This document shows positions 28,216 to 37,136 of a DNA stretch of 64,000 nucleotides, piece by piece; within the stretch, counting starts at the first letter, position 1, and every line of letters begins with the position of its first letter. Below the pieces are notes generated by a model, which did no database searches, was not told the DNA's origin, and worked only from the letters and a program-made list of their open reading frames with translations. The translations under genes were made by a program, and so were the position numbers. The DNA comes from Deinococcales bacterium. GTDB taxonomy: Bacteria; Deinococcota; Deinococci; Deinococcales; JAAFIG01. Where the stretch lies: NCBI GenBank assembly GCA_031414595.1, contig JANNVX010000098.1, forward strand, positions 64,001 to 128,000. The letters are read 5' to 3'.

Positions 28216-29646
28216 ATGACCCCGCCTGATGTCAATGTATTGTCGTTAATGCCTGTACTGATGGTCTTGTTCACGGCTGTTTTCGCCACGGTGTTGCCCT
28301 TTTACACCACCCGCCGTGGAATAGCTGGATTATCAGCCATGGGGCTGGTGGTGGCACTTGGTTGGACGGTTGCCTTGTGGAATCAGAACCTCTCGAGTTT
28401 TAGCGGTTCGTATGTAGCCGATAATTTTGCACTGGCTTTTAGCGTGATTCTGATTCTGGCAGGGATTGCAGCGATTGCCTCGAGTGCCGACGGAATTGTA
28501 CGTGGTGGTTCTATGCCCGCCGAGTTCTACGCGATTATGCTTTACGCCATTTGCGGCACAATGCTCTTGGTTCATGCTCGGGATTTAATTGTGATGCTGA
28601 TTGGTTTTGAAGTGATGAGCCTTGGTGTTTATATTTTGTCCAGTTTCCAAGACCGCAAGCAGTCCGAAGAGGCTGGTTTGAAGTATTTCCTCTTGGGTTC
28701 TTTTGCCAGTGCGATTTTGATTTTTGGGATTGCTTTGGTCTTTGGTGGCACGGGTTCATTTGCCCTCGAGACGATCAGAACAACCCTTGCTGGTAATCCA
28801 ACCAATACACCGATTGTGGCGGTTGGGGCGCTTTTTATTCTGATTGGTTTTGGGTTTAAGGTTGCCTTTGCGCCGTTTCATCAGTGGACTCCGGATGTGT
28901 ATTCTGGTGCGCCGATTGCCGTTACCCAGTACATGAGTGTCGGTGTCAAAGCCGCCGCATTTGCGGGAATGCTGAAAATCTTTGGTGAGGCACTGCCAAG
29001 CGTGGCGGGTTGGCAAACTCCAGCCCAGTTTTTAATTGCTTTAACCCTAATGATTGGTAATTTAGCCGCCCTTAAACAAACTAATTTTAAGCGAATGTTA
29101 GCGTATTCGAGTATTGCCCATGCGGGGTACATCGGTTTGGCGGTACTGTCCGCTCCTGCACAGGCTTTTCCAGCCGCACTTTTTTATATGGCAGCGTACG
29201 CCCTGATGAACGCTGGGGCTTTTGCGGTCTTAAACAGTATTTCACCGTCCGATGATGGGGTCAAAGTGGACAGTCTGGCTGGGCTTGGCTCGAGAAATCC
29301 GTTCTTGGCGGGGATGCTGGCACTATTTTTAATTGCCTTGGCTGGTATTCCGCCCTTGGCTGGTTTTATGGGCAAATACCTGATTTTTGCTGGGGCTGCC
29401 CAAGCTGGTTTTTATGGCTTAGTGATTCTGGCTGCCTTAACCAGTGCAGTCAGTTTGTATTATTATTTGCGTCCGGTTGCTTTAATGTGGTTTGTTGAAC
29501 CCAAAGGTTTTGCCCTACCAGACCTTTCAAGCGGTATGTCTCGAGCCGTGATGGTTGTCTGTGCGCTTGGTGTGGTGCTGCTTGGGGTTGTGCCGAGTCT
29601 GGTGACAAATTTAGTGGCTAACATCGGCATTGTTGCCTCGAGATAA
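28216..29646 (+). CDS. nuoN: NADH-quinone oxidoreductase subunit N
   Basis: EAGLKYFLLG, FKVAFAPFHQWTPDVYSGAP, KRMLAYSSIAHAGY; start moved to MTPPD. Confidence 0.96.
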   Translation: MTPPDVNVLSLMPVLMVLFTAVFATVLPFYTTRRGIAGLSAMGLVVALGWTVALWNQNLSSFSGSYVADNFALAFSVILILAGIAAIASSADGIVRGGSMPAEFYAIMLYAICGTMLLVHARDLIVMLIGFEVMSLGVYILSSFQDRKQSEEAGLKYFLLGSFASAILIFGIALVFGGTGSFALETIRTTLAGNPTNTPIVAVGALFILIGFGFKVAFAPFHQWTPDVYSGAPIAVTQYMSVGVKAAAFAGMLKIFGEALPSVAGWQTPAQFLIALTLMIGNLAALKQTNFKRMLAYSSIAHAGYIGLAVLSAPAQAFPAALFYMAAYALMNAGAFAVLNSISPSDDGVKVDSLAGLGSRNPFLAGMLALFLIALAGIPPLAGFMGKYLIFAGAAQAGFYGLVILAALTSAVSLYYYLRPVALMWFVEPKGFALPDLSSGMSRAVMVVCALGVVLLGVVPSLVTNLVANIGIVASR

Positions 29647-29662
29647 ATCTATTTTGTTTTAG

Positions 29663-29693
29663 ACAGGGACTTCTTAAAGAAGTCCCTGTTTTT
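29663..29693. terminator. Intrinsic terminator between convergent nuoN and MATE genes
   Basis: ACAGGGACTTCT-TAA-AGAAGTCCCTGT hairpin followed by a T run. Confidence 0.85.
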
Positions 29694-31038
29694 AATGTTG
29701 AGCGACTGCACCAATACTCGAGGTTCGCCAGTGTCCAGCTTGCCAACGCAGCCAGTACACAACCGACAACAGCGCCAAGTAAACAAATGGGGCGAACCAA
29801 ATTTCGATTAACCCACCGCCGTTGGTGACAATTAAATAACCACCACCGACCATGATTGTCCAAGCACACAAAAGGGTCACGAGGGCAGCAAATCGGGTGT
29901 CACCAGTGCCGAGTAAGGCACTGCGAAAGACAATGTTAGCCGCATCAAACAATTGATAAAATGCCATGAAGCGCAGTAGCGAAGCGGTCAGCAAAATCAC
30001 TTTTTCGTCACTCGAGAATAGGCGGGCGAGTGGTTCGGCTAAAACCCAGAAGAAAATGCCAATCACGCCCATCCAAATCATCCCGAGGCGCACCCCAGCA
30101 AAAGTGGCTTGGTTGGCGGTCTCTAAGTTCTTTGCCCCAATGTAGCGTCCGACTAAACTGGCGGTGGCACTCCCCAAGGCAAATCCGGGCATAAAGGCAA
30201 GGCTCGAGATTTGATTGCCAACTTGACTGGCAGCCAGTGCTTCGGTGCTGATACGGGCGGTCAGCGCCATAAAAACCGTAAAGGCACTAACCTCAAGCAT
30301 TTCCAGTGCGCCCATTGGAGCGCCGACCCGCAGCATCTCGAGCCATTCGCTTTTGCTGGGTTTAACAATTCGCAGTTGGTATTTTTTGGCATGGTGTCTC
30401 CAAACCACGAAGCTAAAAATAACTGCGCCAATCGCCACGCTAATCACACTGCCAAGGGCTGAGCCAACAATCCCAAGTGCAGGTGCGCCAAGGTTGCCAA
30501 AAACAAAAACCCAGTTGAGAAAAATGTTGCCTAAGACCACCCCCCAGTTAATCAGCATCGGCGTTTTTGAATCGTTGATACCGACCAAAAAACCAGTCAG
30601 AATCACACTGAAGAGTGCAAACGGGACTTCAAAAACCCGTACTTTGACGTACTCGAGGGCGAGTGTTTGGACAGCTTGTTCTGCCCCACTTGCGCCAATT
30701 AAAATAGTCAGGGCGGGAACAAATAAAAAACCAAGTGGCAGCAAAGCCAAACCCAAAGCCAAGAAATTACCCAGCCAACGCCCAACCCGAGCCGTATCAT
30801 TTGCGCCGTAAGCCTGTGATACAAAAGCAATGATGCTACCAACAATTCCTTTAGGCAGCAAGTAAAGCGTGAAATACCACATCACCCCAATGCCAGCCGC
30901 ACCAAGCGCCACCGTACCGAGTTTTCCTGCAAAAAAGGTGTCGATCACACCAATCAGAACGATAGCAAGGTTAGAAAATAACAACGGCAAAGCCAGTTTG
31001 ATCATTTCGGCATTGAGGATTTTTTTTGGCACAACCAT
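29692..31038 (-). CDS. MATE family efflux transporter
   Basis: IKLALP, IDTFFAGKLG, GTGDTR; ~12 TM segments. Confidence 0.9.
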   Translation of the reverse strand: MVVPKKILNAEMIKLALPLLFSNLAIVLIGVIDTFFAGKLGTVALGAAGIGVMWYFTLYLLPKGIVGSIIAFVSQAYGANDTARVGRWLGNFLALGLALLPLGFLFVPALTILIGASGAEQAVQTLALEYVKVRVFEVPFALFSVILTGFLVGINDSKTPMLINWGVVLGNIFLNWVFVFGNLGAPALGIVGSALGSVISVAIGAVIFSFVVWRHHAKKYQLRIVKPSKSEWLEMLRVGAPMGALEMLEVSAFTVFMALTARISTEALAASQVGNQISSLAFMPGFALGSATASLVGRYIGAKNLETANQATFAGVRLGMIWMGVIGIFFWVLAEPLARLFSSDEKVILLTASLLRFMAFYQLFDAANIVFRSALLGTGDTRFAALVTLLCAWTIMVGGGYLIVTNGGGLIEIWFAPFVYLALLSVVYWLRWQAGHWRTSSIGAVAQH

Positions 31039-31098
31039 TTTTCTAGGCTAACATCTGTCTGTCAGGCAATGCGTCAGTCAATCAGCTTAGAATAGCGC

Positions 31099-31701
31099 AT
31101 GGCGACCGAACGCGAATTAAAACTGACCGGAGTTTTACCAAAACTCGAGGGCGTTACAAGCATCGCGGGTGTTCCTTTGCGCTTTTTGCGTTTGGAGCAT
31201 CAAATCAATGTCTACTTTGATACCCCAGAACTGACCCTGCGACGTGGTGGCTCGAGCCTTCGTTTGCGGCGTGTAGAAAACGGTGAGCATGTTTTTACCT
31301 GGAAAGGACAAAGCCAGATTTTAGGTGGATGGCATTCTAAACAAGAAATTGAAGTTCCTGCTGGAGAGGCAAAAACCATTCAAGACCTGACCGAACCAAG
31401 CATTCTCGAGAAATTAGGTGATGTAAAACTCGAGCAGCTTGTGCCAATTTGTCGGTTTGATACGGCTCGAGCGATTTATCGGCTCGAGGGCATTGGTGAA
31501 CTTTGTTTAGATAGTGTGCAAATTAAACGCGGTGAGGAAATGATTGAAGCCTTTGAAGAACTCGAGTTAGAAGCCCTTGAAACCGCCGATGAGACCAAGT
31601 TGCAACAAGTGGCACTGACTTTAACGGCAATCGGGCGGCTCGAGCCGAGTGCTTTAAGTAAATCAGCACGGGCTTTACGGGCGCTGGGGATTGAGGCTTA
31701 G
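31099..31701 (+). CDS. CYTH domain protein
   Basis: ERELK, YFDTP, LRLR, ELELE motifs. Confidence 0.85.
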   Translation: MATERELKLTGVLPKLEGVTSIAGVPLRFLRLEHQINVYFDTPELTLRRGGSSLRLRRVENGEHVFTWKGQSQILGGWHSKQEIEVPAGEAKTIQDLTEPSILEKLGDVKLEQLVPICRFDTARAIYRLEGIGELCLDSVQIKRGEEMIEAFEELELEALETADETKLQQVALTLTAIGRLEPSALSKSARALRALGIEA

Positions 31702-31709
31702 GGTAAAGC

Positions 31710-32963
31710 CTAATCTGGCTTAAATGCCCATTCGCCAGCGTTTAACAACTCGAGTCTCGAGCCATCGGCTCGAATGCCAACCACCTGCATTTCCTTACTG
31801 CCAATCATCCAATCCACATGCACTTGGCTGTCGTTTGCACCGTGGGCTGCCAGTTCTTCTTTACTCATGGTTGTGCCGCCATTGAGGGTGTAGGCATAAG
31901 CCCTGCCCATAGCGATATGACAAGCCGCATTCTCATCAAAAAGTGTTTCTTGGAACAGCACCCCACTTCTGGCAACCGGCGAGGATTCGGCAACCAAAGC
32001 AATTTCGCCTAAGCGACTTGCCCCTTCGTCGGTCTCGAGCAGTTGGTGCAGAATATCCTCGCCTGTGGCTGCCCCCGCCACAATCGCTTTACCGTCCTTG
32101 AAGGTCATGCGAATGCCATCTATGATTTGCCCATTAAACGATAATGGTTTGGTCGAACGCACTGAGCCGTTCACGCCATAACGGTGCGGCATGGTGAACA
32201 CTTCTTCGGTGGGGATGTTCGGCACATACTGAATTGGCATGGGGTGCTTGGGGTTGCTGGTACGGCTCGAGCCTCCTTCCCACTTGTGCAGTTCGGGTAA
32301 TTCAATGCTTAAGTCTGTGCCGGGGGCGTGTAACTCGAGACGGCGCAAATGTTGCTTGTTCAGGTAATCACGCCTGGCTTCAAGGTCGGTTAAATGGGTT
32401 TGCCAAGCACTTACAGGGTCGGGTTGGTCAGCTCGAGAAACCATAAAAATGGCATCCCAGAGTTTTTCTAACCCCTCGGCTTGGGGGAGGTCTGGGAAAA
32501 CCCGTTTAGACCAACTTGGCACGGCGTAAGCAATAATGCTCCAATTGACTTGTCCAGAACCAAATAATTCCATCACTTTTTTGCCACGCATCCCCATGGC
32601 TCGCATCATCATCGAGACTCGGTTGGGGTCGGTGTGTTCAAAGGCGGCTGGGTCATTGGCAAGAATACTCAAGTAGGCATCGCCGCGCTCACAAGCGGAC
32701 TCCATGGCTTGGTAACGAAGTTCTGAAACCTCGGATAAATTGGCTTCGGCACTGTGATTTAAGCGCTCTAAGGTGCTTAAATCATCCATCCAGATGGTAT
32801 CCACCAAACTTGCCCCAGCTTTATAGGCAGCCCGAGCAATTAAACGCACAAGCGGCGCGGACTCGAGCGGTGCGCGAATGTACAAACGCTGATTGGGGTG
32901 AATGTTATTGCCGATTCGTACTGCTAATGTCGCTAGGTTCTCGAGTTTTTGTTGGAAATCCAT
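31710..32963 (-). CDS. Aminopeptidase, M29 (AmpS/PepS) family
   Basis: PNIPTEEVFT, LGEIALV, TLFDENAACHIAMG, HVDWMIG. Confidence 0.93.
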   Translation of the reverse strand: MDFQQKLENLATLAVRIGNNIHPNQRLYIRAPLESAPLVRLIARAAYKAGASLVDTIWMDDLSTLERLNHSAEANLSEVSELRYQAMESACERGDAYLSILANDPAAFEHTDPNRVSMMMRAMGMRGKKVMELFGSGQVNWSIIAYAVPSWSKRVFPDLPQAEGLEKLWDAIFMVSRADQPDPVSAWQTHLTDLEARRDYLNKQHLRRLELHAPGTDLSIELPELHKWEGGSSRTSNPKHPMPIQYVPNIPTEEVFTMPHRYGVNGSVRSTKPLSFNGQIIDGIRMTFKDGKAIVAGAATGEDILHQLLETDEGASRLGEIALVAESSPVARSGVLFQETLFDENAACHIAMGRAYAYTLNGGTTMSKEELAAHGANDSQVHVDWMIGSKEMQVVGIRADGSRLELLNAGEWAFKPD

Positions 32964-33030
32964 GAGACAGTCTAATCCCTGACAGATTGCGAAAACGTAG
33001 CCTAGGAGAAGTTCTCGAGTAGACTAAGCC

Positions 33031-33456
33031 ATGAACCCAGTACAGAGTATGCAAAATGCAATTGCAGCTGGTTGGCAAAAAGTCTTAGATGGCGTGTTGT
33101 CCTTAAATCCTGTACCAGAGGCACTTCGTCCGATACTTGGCTCGAGGTATTTTTGGTTTTTAATTTGGGTGGCGATTTTCTCGAGCCTAGGACGGAATTT
33201 ACTTGGAGAACGGTTTGGGGCGTGGCTGGGCGCAATTTTAGGCGGTTTAGTCTGGGCAAGTTTTATGCCTAAGCCAGAACTGGAATTAAGCGGTTTAGTG
33301 CTGGTGATGATTATTTTTCCTGTGCTGCTTGGTTGGTTCTCGAGAACCAAAATGGGGCAACGCACCCGAGGCGCAAAAACCTGTCCCGATTGCGCTGAGG
33401 AAATTAAAACCCAAGCCAAAGTTTGTAAGCACTGCGGTTTTCGTTTTGGTTCGTAA
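33031..33456 (+). CDS. Membrane protein with C-terminal zinc ribbon
   Basis: Hydrophobic segments then KTCPDCAEEIK.QAKVCKHCGFRF. Confidence 0.75.
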   Translation: MNPVQSMQNAIAAGWQKVLDGVLSLNPVPEALRPILGSRYFWFLIWVAIFSSLGRNLLGERFGAWLGAILGGLVWASFMPKPELELSGLVLVMIIFPVLLGWFSRTKMGQRTRGAKTCPDCAEEIKTQAKVCKHCGFRFGS

Positions 33457-33545
33457 ATGTTGCGTTCCACACATCACAGCCTAGCTGTTTGATGGTTGTG
33501 ATGATAACCCAAAAGCTGCATACTCGAGAACGGAGGAAAGTGTAC

Positions 33546-34088
33546 ATGCGTTTATACAATTTTTTATTTGTGTTGGTGCTGGTCTTGGTAATTATTTTTG
33601 CTTTTGCCAACATTGATTCCTTGCGTACCACAACCCAAGTTGTGATTCCTTTTTTTGGCAAACAAACCCTGCCAATGCGCTTATATGGTTGTGTCTCCCT
33701 GATTGTGTTAGCTGCTGTGTACAGCCTTCTTTGGTATCTCTCGAGTACCCGCCAAAAAGCCAAGAGCGCCGATTACCTGACCAAGCTCGAGGAAACCCGC
33801 CGCACCTTAGACGAAAAAGAAGCTGGGCGTTTTGCCCAATTGCAAGCCCAATTAGAAACAGCAACCCAAGACATTCTGGCTCGAGTTGGTGGGGTTGCGC
33901 CAGTCAAGAAAGGCTTATTCGCTGGGCTAACGCAAAAAGACGCACCCGTGCCGCTCCCCAGCACGGTGCAGAGTTTAGAAGGTTTGGTCGGACGCATCGA
34001 AAAAGTCCGCGATGAACTGGCAGCCGACATTGCCAGTTCAGAACACGAAATTCTGCAAGCCATCGAGACACTAAAAGACCGGCGTTAA
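33546..34088 (+). CDS. LapA-like membrane protein with coiled coil
   Basis: Two N-terminal TM helices (FAFAN) and a helical tail. Confidence 0.55.
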   Translation: MRLYNFLFVLVLVLVIIFAFANIDSLRTTTQVVIPFFGKQTLPMRLYGCVSLIVLAAVYSLLWYLSSTRQKAKSADYLTKLEETRRTLDEKEAGRFAQLQAQLETATQDILARVGGVAPVKKGLFAGLTQKDAPVPLPSTVQSLEGLVGRIEKVRDELAADIASSEHEILQAIETLKDRR

Positions 34089-35536
34089 AACACACTTCTC
34101 GAGATAAACCCTGCCATATCACTTGCCATTTGTACAAGGCTGGGCTGGTGAACGTACATCATATGTCCAGCTTGGTAATAGGTGGTCTCGAGGTTGCTTC
34201 TGAGGTGCGTGGGAATTGCTAAATGGTCAAACACATAGTCGGAAGCCCAGTACGGCGTAGCGAGGTCGTAGTAGCCATTTAAGACCATCACCCGCAGATT
34301 TGGATTCATGTTCATGGCTTTACGCAGGGTTTCGGCAACATTGACATATTTATTCTCGAATTCTTTGTATGACCACGGTTGCCAGACTTTCCAGCTTAGG
34401 ATTTCGTAGCTTGTATCGGTTTCAAAACCAAGTTCGGTGCGGACATACTGGTTAAAAGCAGCCGTATATGCGCCATAAATTGCGGCGTAACTCGGGTCGA
34501 ATTCAAAATGCTGTCCAGCAGAATCGCGGTCTGAAGCCTTAAATCTCGAGTCTAAGCGCCCAACGGTATTGCCTTGGTCACGCATCAGTTCTTTACAAAA
34601 GCGCATAATCTCGAGGCGTAAATCGGATCGCTCAACAAATTCACGGCTGACCCCTGTTAAACGCGAAACTTCACGCACCACTTTGTTCTTGGTTGTTTCA
34701 TCCAAACGATGTCCCTTAAAAAGTGCGGTTTGGTAGGTGTTTTGGGCAAAATTCTCGGCTTGGCGTAAGTGCGTCTCGAGCGATGTGCCTTTGGTTTTCC
34801 CATGATAATAGGCAGTCGCCGCAAAAGCCGGTAAGTAGAGGGTATGCGGTAAGTCGTTACCGAGTTCAAATTTGATGGTCGAAAAATCCAGCACCGTAGA
34901 AACCAGAATAATTCCGTTCAAATACATCCCGTGACGTTCTTGCAAGTAGCCTGCTAAACCACTCGCCCTTGTTGTGCCGTAGCTTTCACCAGCCAAGAAT
35001 TTAGGCGATAACCAACGGTTTTCTCTGGTGACAAACAAACGGATAAAATCACCAACCGACTCAATATCCCTACTAAAGCCATAAAAATCCTTGGCTTTTT
35101 CGCCTTTAATCACCCTCGAGAAACCCGTGCCAACTGGGTCAATAAAGACCAAATCGGAATGTTCTAAAAGCGTTTGGGCATTGTCCTCGAGACCAAACGG
35201 CGGCGGGGTGAGCGCATCAACATCACCCATGACGACTTTACGCGGACCAAACGCCCCCATGTGCAGCCAGACACTCGAGCTTCCGGGTCCGCCATTAAAA
35301 CAAAAAGTAATCGGACGGGCTTTATCTGCGCCGTTCAAGGTGTAGGCAATAAAAAACAGTTGGGCTTGGTCTTTGTCGCCCTCCGAAACCCCGTCTTTTT
35401 CGGATTCGGAACGCAAGATAATTGTTCCAGTTTTAGCGGTGTACTCGAGTTTTTTGCCGTTCAGCATCAAACTATGCTGAGTGACAACAATTTTATCCTC
35501 GAGCGGCGGGATAACCACTTTGGTTTCTTCGGGCAT
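34085..35536 (-). CDS. Peptidase S10 serine carboxypeptidase
   Basis: FNGGPGSSS, DPVGTGFS, GESYG, AGHMMY. Confidence 0.92.
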   Translation of the reverse strand: MPEETKVVIPPLEDKIVVTQHSLMLNGKKLEYTAKTGTIILRSESEKDGVSEGDKDQAQLFFIAYTLNGADKARPITFCFNGGPGSSSVWLHMGAFGPRKVVMGDVDALTPPPFGLEDNAQTLLEHSDLVFIDPVGTGFSRVIKGEKAKDFYGFSRDIESVGDFIRLFVTRENRWLSPKFLAGESYGTTRASGLAGYLQERHGMYLNGIILVSTVLDFSTIKFELGNDLPHTLYLPAFAATAYYHGKTKGTSLETHLRQAENFAQNTYQTALFKGHRLDETTKNKVVREVSRLTGVSREFVERSDLRLEIMRFCKELMRDQGNTVGRLDSRFKASDRDSAGQHFEFDPSYAAIYGAYTAAFNQYVRTELGFETDTSYEILSWKVWQPWSYKEFENKYVNVAETLRKAMNMNPNLRVMVLNGYYDLATPYWASDYVFDHLAIPTHLRSNLETTYYQAGHMMYVHQPSLVQMASDMAGFISRSVF

Positions 35537-35547
35537 GAGGTATTCTA

Positions 35548-36003
35548 CTACGGTTTACCACGGTCACTCGAGTCAATAATAATCGTCACAGGACCGTCGT
35601 TCAGTAAACTAATTTTCATATCGGCTTGAAAAATCCCTTCTTGTACCTCGAGTTGCTGGTTACGTAGGGCTTCACAGAATTCTTTGTACAAACGCCGTCC
35701 ATCGTCGCTGCTGGCAGCTTCAATAAAACTTGGACGATTTCCGCCGCGAGTCTCGGCGTAGAGCGTAAATTGAGAGACTGCCAAAATCGCCCCACCAATC
35801 TGCTCGAGACTGAGGTTCATTTTACCAGCTTCGTCGTTGAAAACCCGTAACTTAGCGATTTTACGCGCTAAGTAATTGGCATCTTCCCTAGAATCGCTTT
35901 TTTTTACGCCAATCAGTACCAAAAAACCTTGTTCGATACTCGAGATGAGCTTATTGTCTACAGTCACACTGGCGCTAGTGACGCGCTGAATCACGGCTTT
36001 CAT
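35548..36003 (-). CDS. dtd: D-aminoacyl-tRNA deacylase
   Basis: MKAVIQRV, VSQFTLYA, NDGPVT. Confidence 0.95.
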   Translation of the reverse strand: MKAVIQRVTSASVTVDNKLISSIEQGFLVLIGVKKSDSREDANYLARKIAKLRVFNDEAGKMNLSLEQIGGAILAVSQFTLYAETRGGNRPSFIEAASSDDGRRLYKEFCEALRNQQLEVQEGIFQADMKISLLNDGPVTIIIDSSDRGKP

Positions 36004-36004
36004 C

Positions 36005-36277
36005 TCATGCCTCGGCTTTCTCGAGTGGTGAGTTAGCAAGCAGTGTACTGACGCTGCTGACCGCTTCGGTTAAGGTCTTGGCTTCTTCGGCGTTTAAGTT
36101 GCCTCGGGTTTTAATTGCCAGCATCTCGAGCAGGCGCAAACTGCGTTCGGCGGTTGTGCGGTTACGGCTGACACCATCGCGGTTCATACGGGCGGTCAGG
36201 GCATTGAATTGTCCTAAACTGGTTTCGGCGGCGGCTGTCAAACTATGGATTAAACCCAGAAAATCGGTGTTGGTCAT
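36005..36277 (-). CDS. DUF1844-like small protein
   Basis: FLGLIHSL...LEMLAIKTRGNL..EE. Confidence 0.7.
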   Translation of the reverse strand: MTNTDFLGLIHSLTAAAETSLGQFNALTARMNRDGVSRNRTTAERSLRLLEMLAIKTRGNLNAEEAKTLTEAVSSVSTLLANSPLEKAEA

Positions 36278-36367
36278 GAAAGGAGATTATCAAATTTTAC
36301 TGCCTCAAGTGCAAAACGAAACTTAAAGCACATCTTAACGTGTGCTTGCTTACGAAAATACGCTGGT

Positions 36368-37120
36368 TTGACCAGTACAGTGCTGGATGTGATTGCCCAA
36401 ACGCCTCTGAAGCCAAAATTTCAAATTCCTTTTCTGGTCTGGATGTACCTTGGGGTGATTGTTTTCTTGGGTGGATTGTACTTATTTGTCCCCAGTGTCC
36501 GTGTTTTTGTGACCCAATGCTTTGAAATTCTGGTCAGCAATGACCGTGGGCGTATCGAAACTTTTGTGGCGGGTTTTGGCTGGTGGGGACCGGTTTTAAT
36601 CATTGGCATGATGATTGCCCAAACGCTCTTAAGTGCCGTACCAATGATTCTGGTGTTGGTGGTGTCGGTACTGGCGTATGGTCCGATTTGGGGCGGCTTA
36701 CTCGGGTGGTGCGGCGCAATGATTGCAGCGATGGTTGGCTACGGGATTGCTCGAGTCTTTGGGGATACTTTACAAGATAAATTTGTGACCCCTAAAATTA
36801 GGGATATTATAGCCCGTAATGTTGCCAGATACGGCGCATTGGCAATTCTGGCGCTGCGTTTATCGCCACTGATTCCATCAGATGGTGTAAGTTTTGTGGC
36901 GGGTTTACTGCGAATGAACTTTGTGACTTTTCTGCTGGGAACGCTTAGCGGTGTTACCCCTTTGGTGATGGTCGTGGCGTATTTTGGCAGTGATTTTGAA
37001 CGCTTGACTGGTTTTGTTATTGGTGTGACGATTTTTAGTTTAACTGCTCTGATTTCATGGGTGATTTACGATGGGTTCATCAAACGCAAGAAGAATATCC
37101 AGCCTGTTGAATACAAATAA
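36368..37120 (+). CDS. TVP38/TMEM64 (DedA/SNARE-associated) membrane protein
   Basis: YGPIWGGLL, LRLSPLIP.D.VSFVAG. Confidence 0.85.
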   Translation: MTSTVLDVIAQTPLKPKFQIPFLVWMYLGVIVFLGGLYLFVPSVRVFVTQCFEILVSNDRGRIETFVAGFGWWGPVLIIGMMIAQTLLSAVPMILVLVVSVLAYGPIWGGLLGWCGAMIAAMVGYGIARVFGDTLQDKFVTPKIRDIIARNVARYGALAILALRLSPLIPSDGVSFVAGLLRMNFVTFLLGTLSGVTPLVMVVAYFGSDFERLTGFVIGVTIFSLTALISWVIYDGFIKRKKNIQPVEYK

Positions 37121-37136
37121 CGCTAAGTTTTTATGT

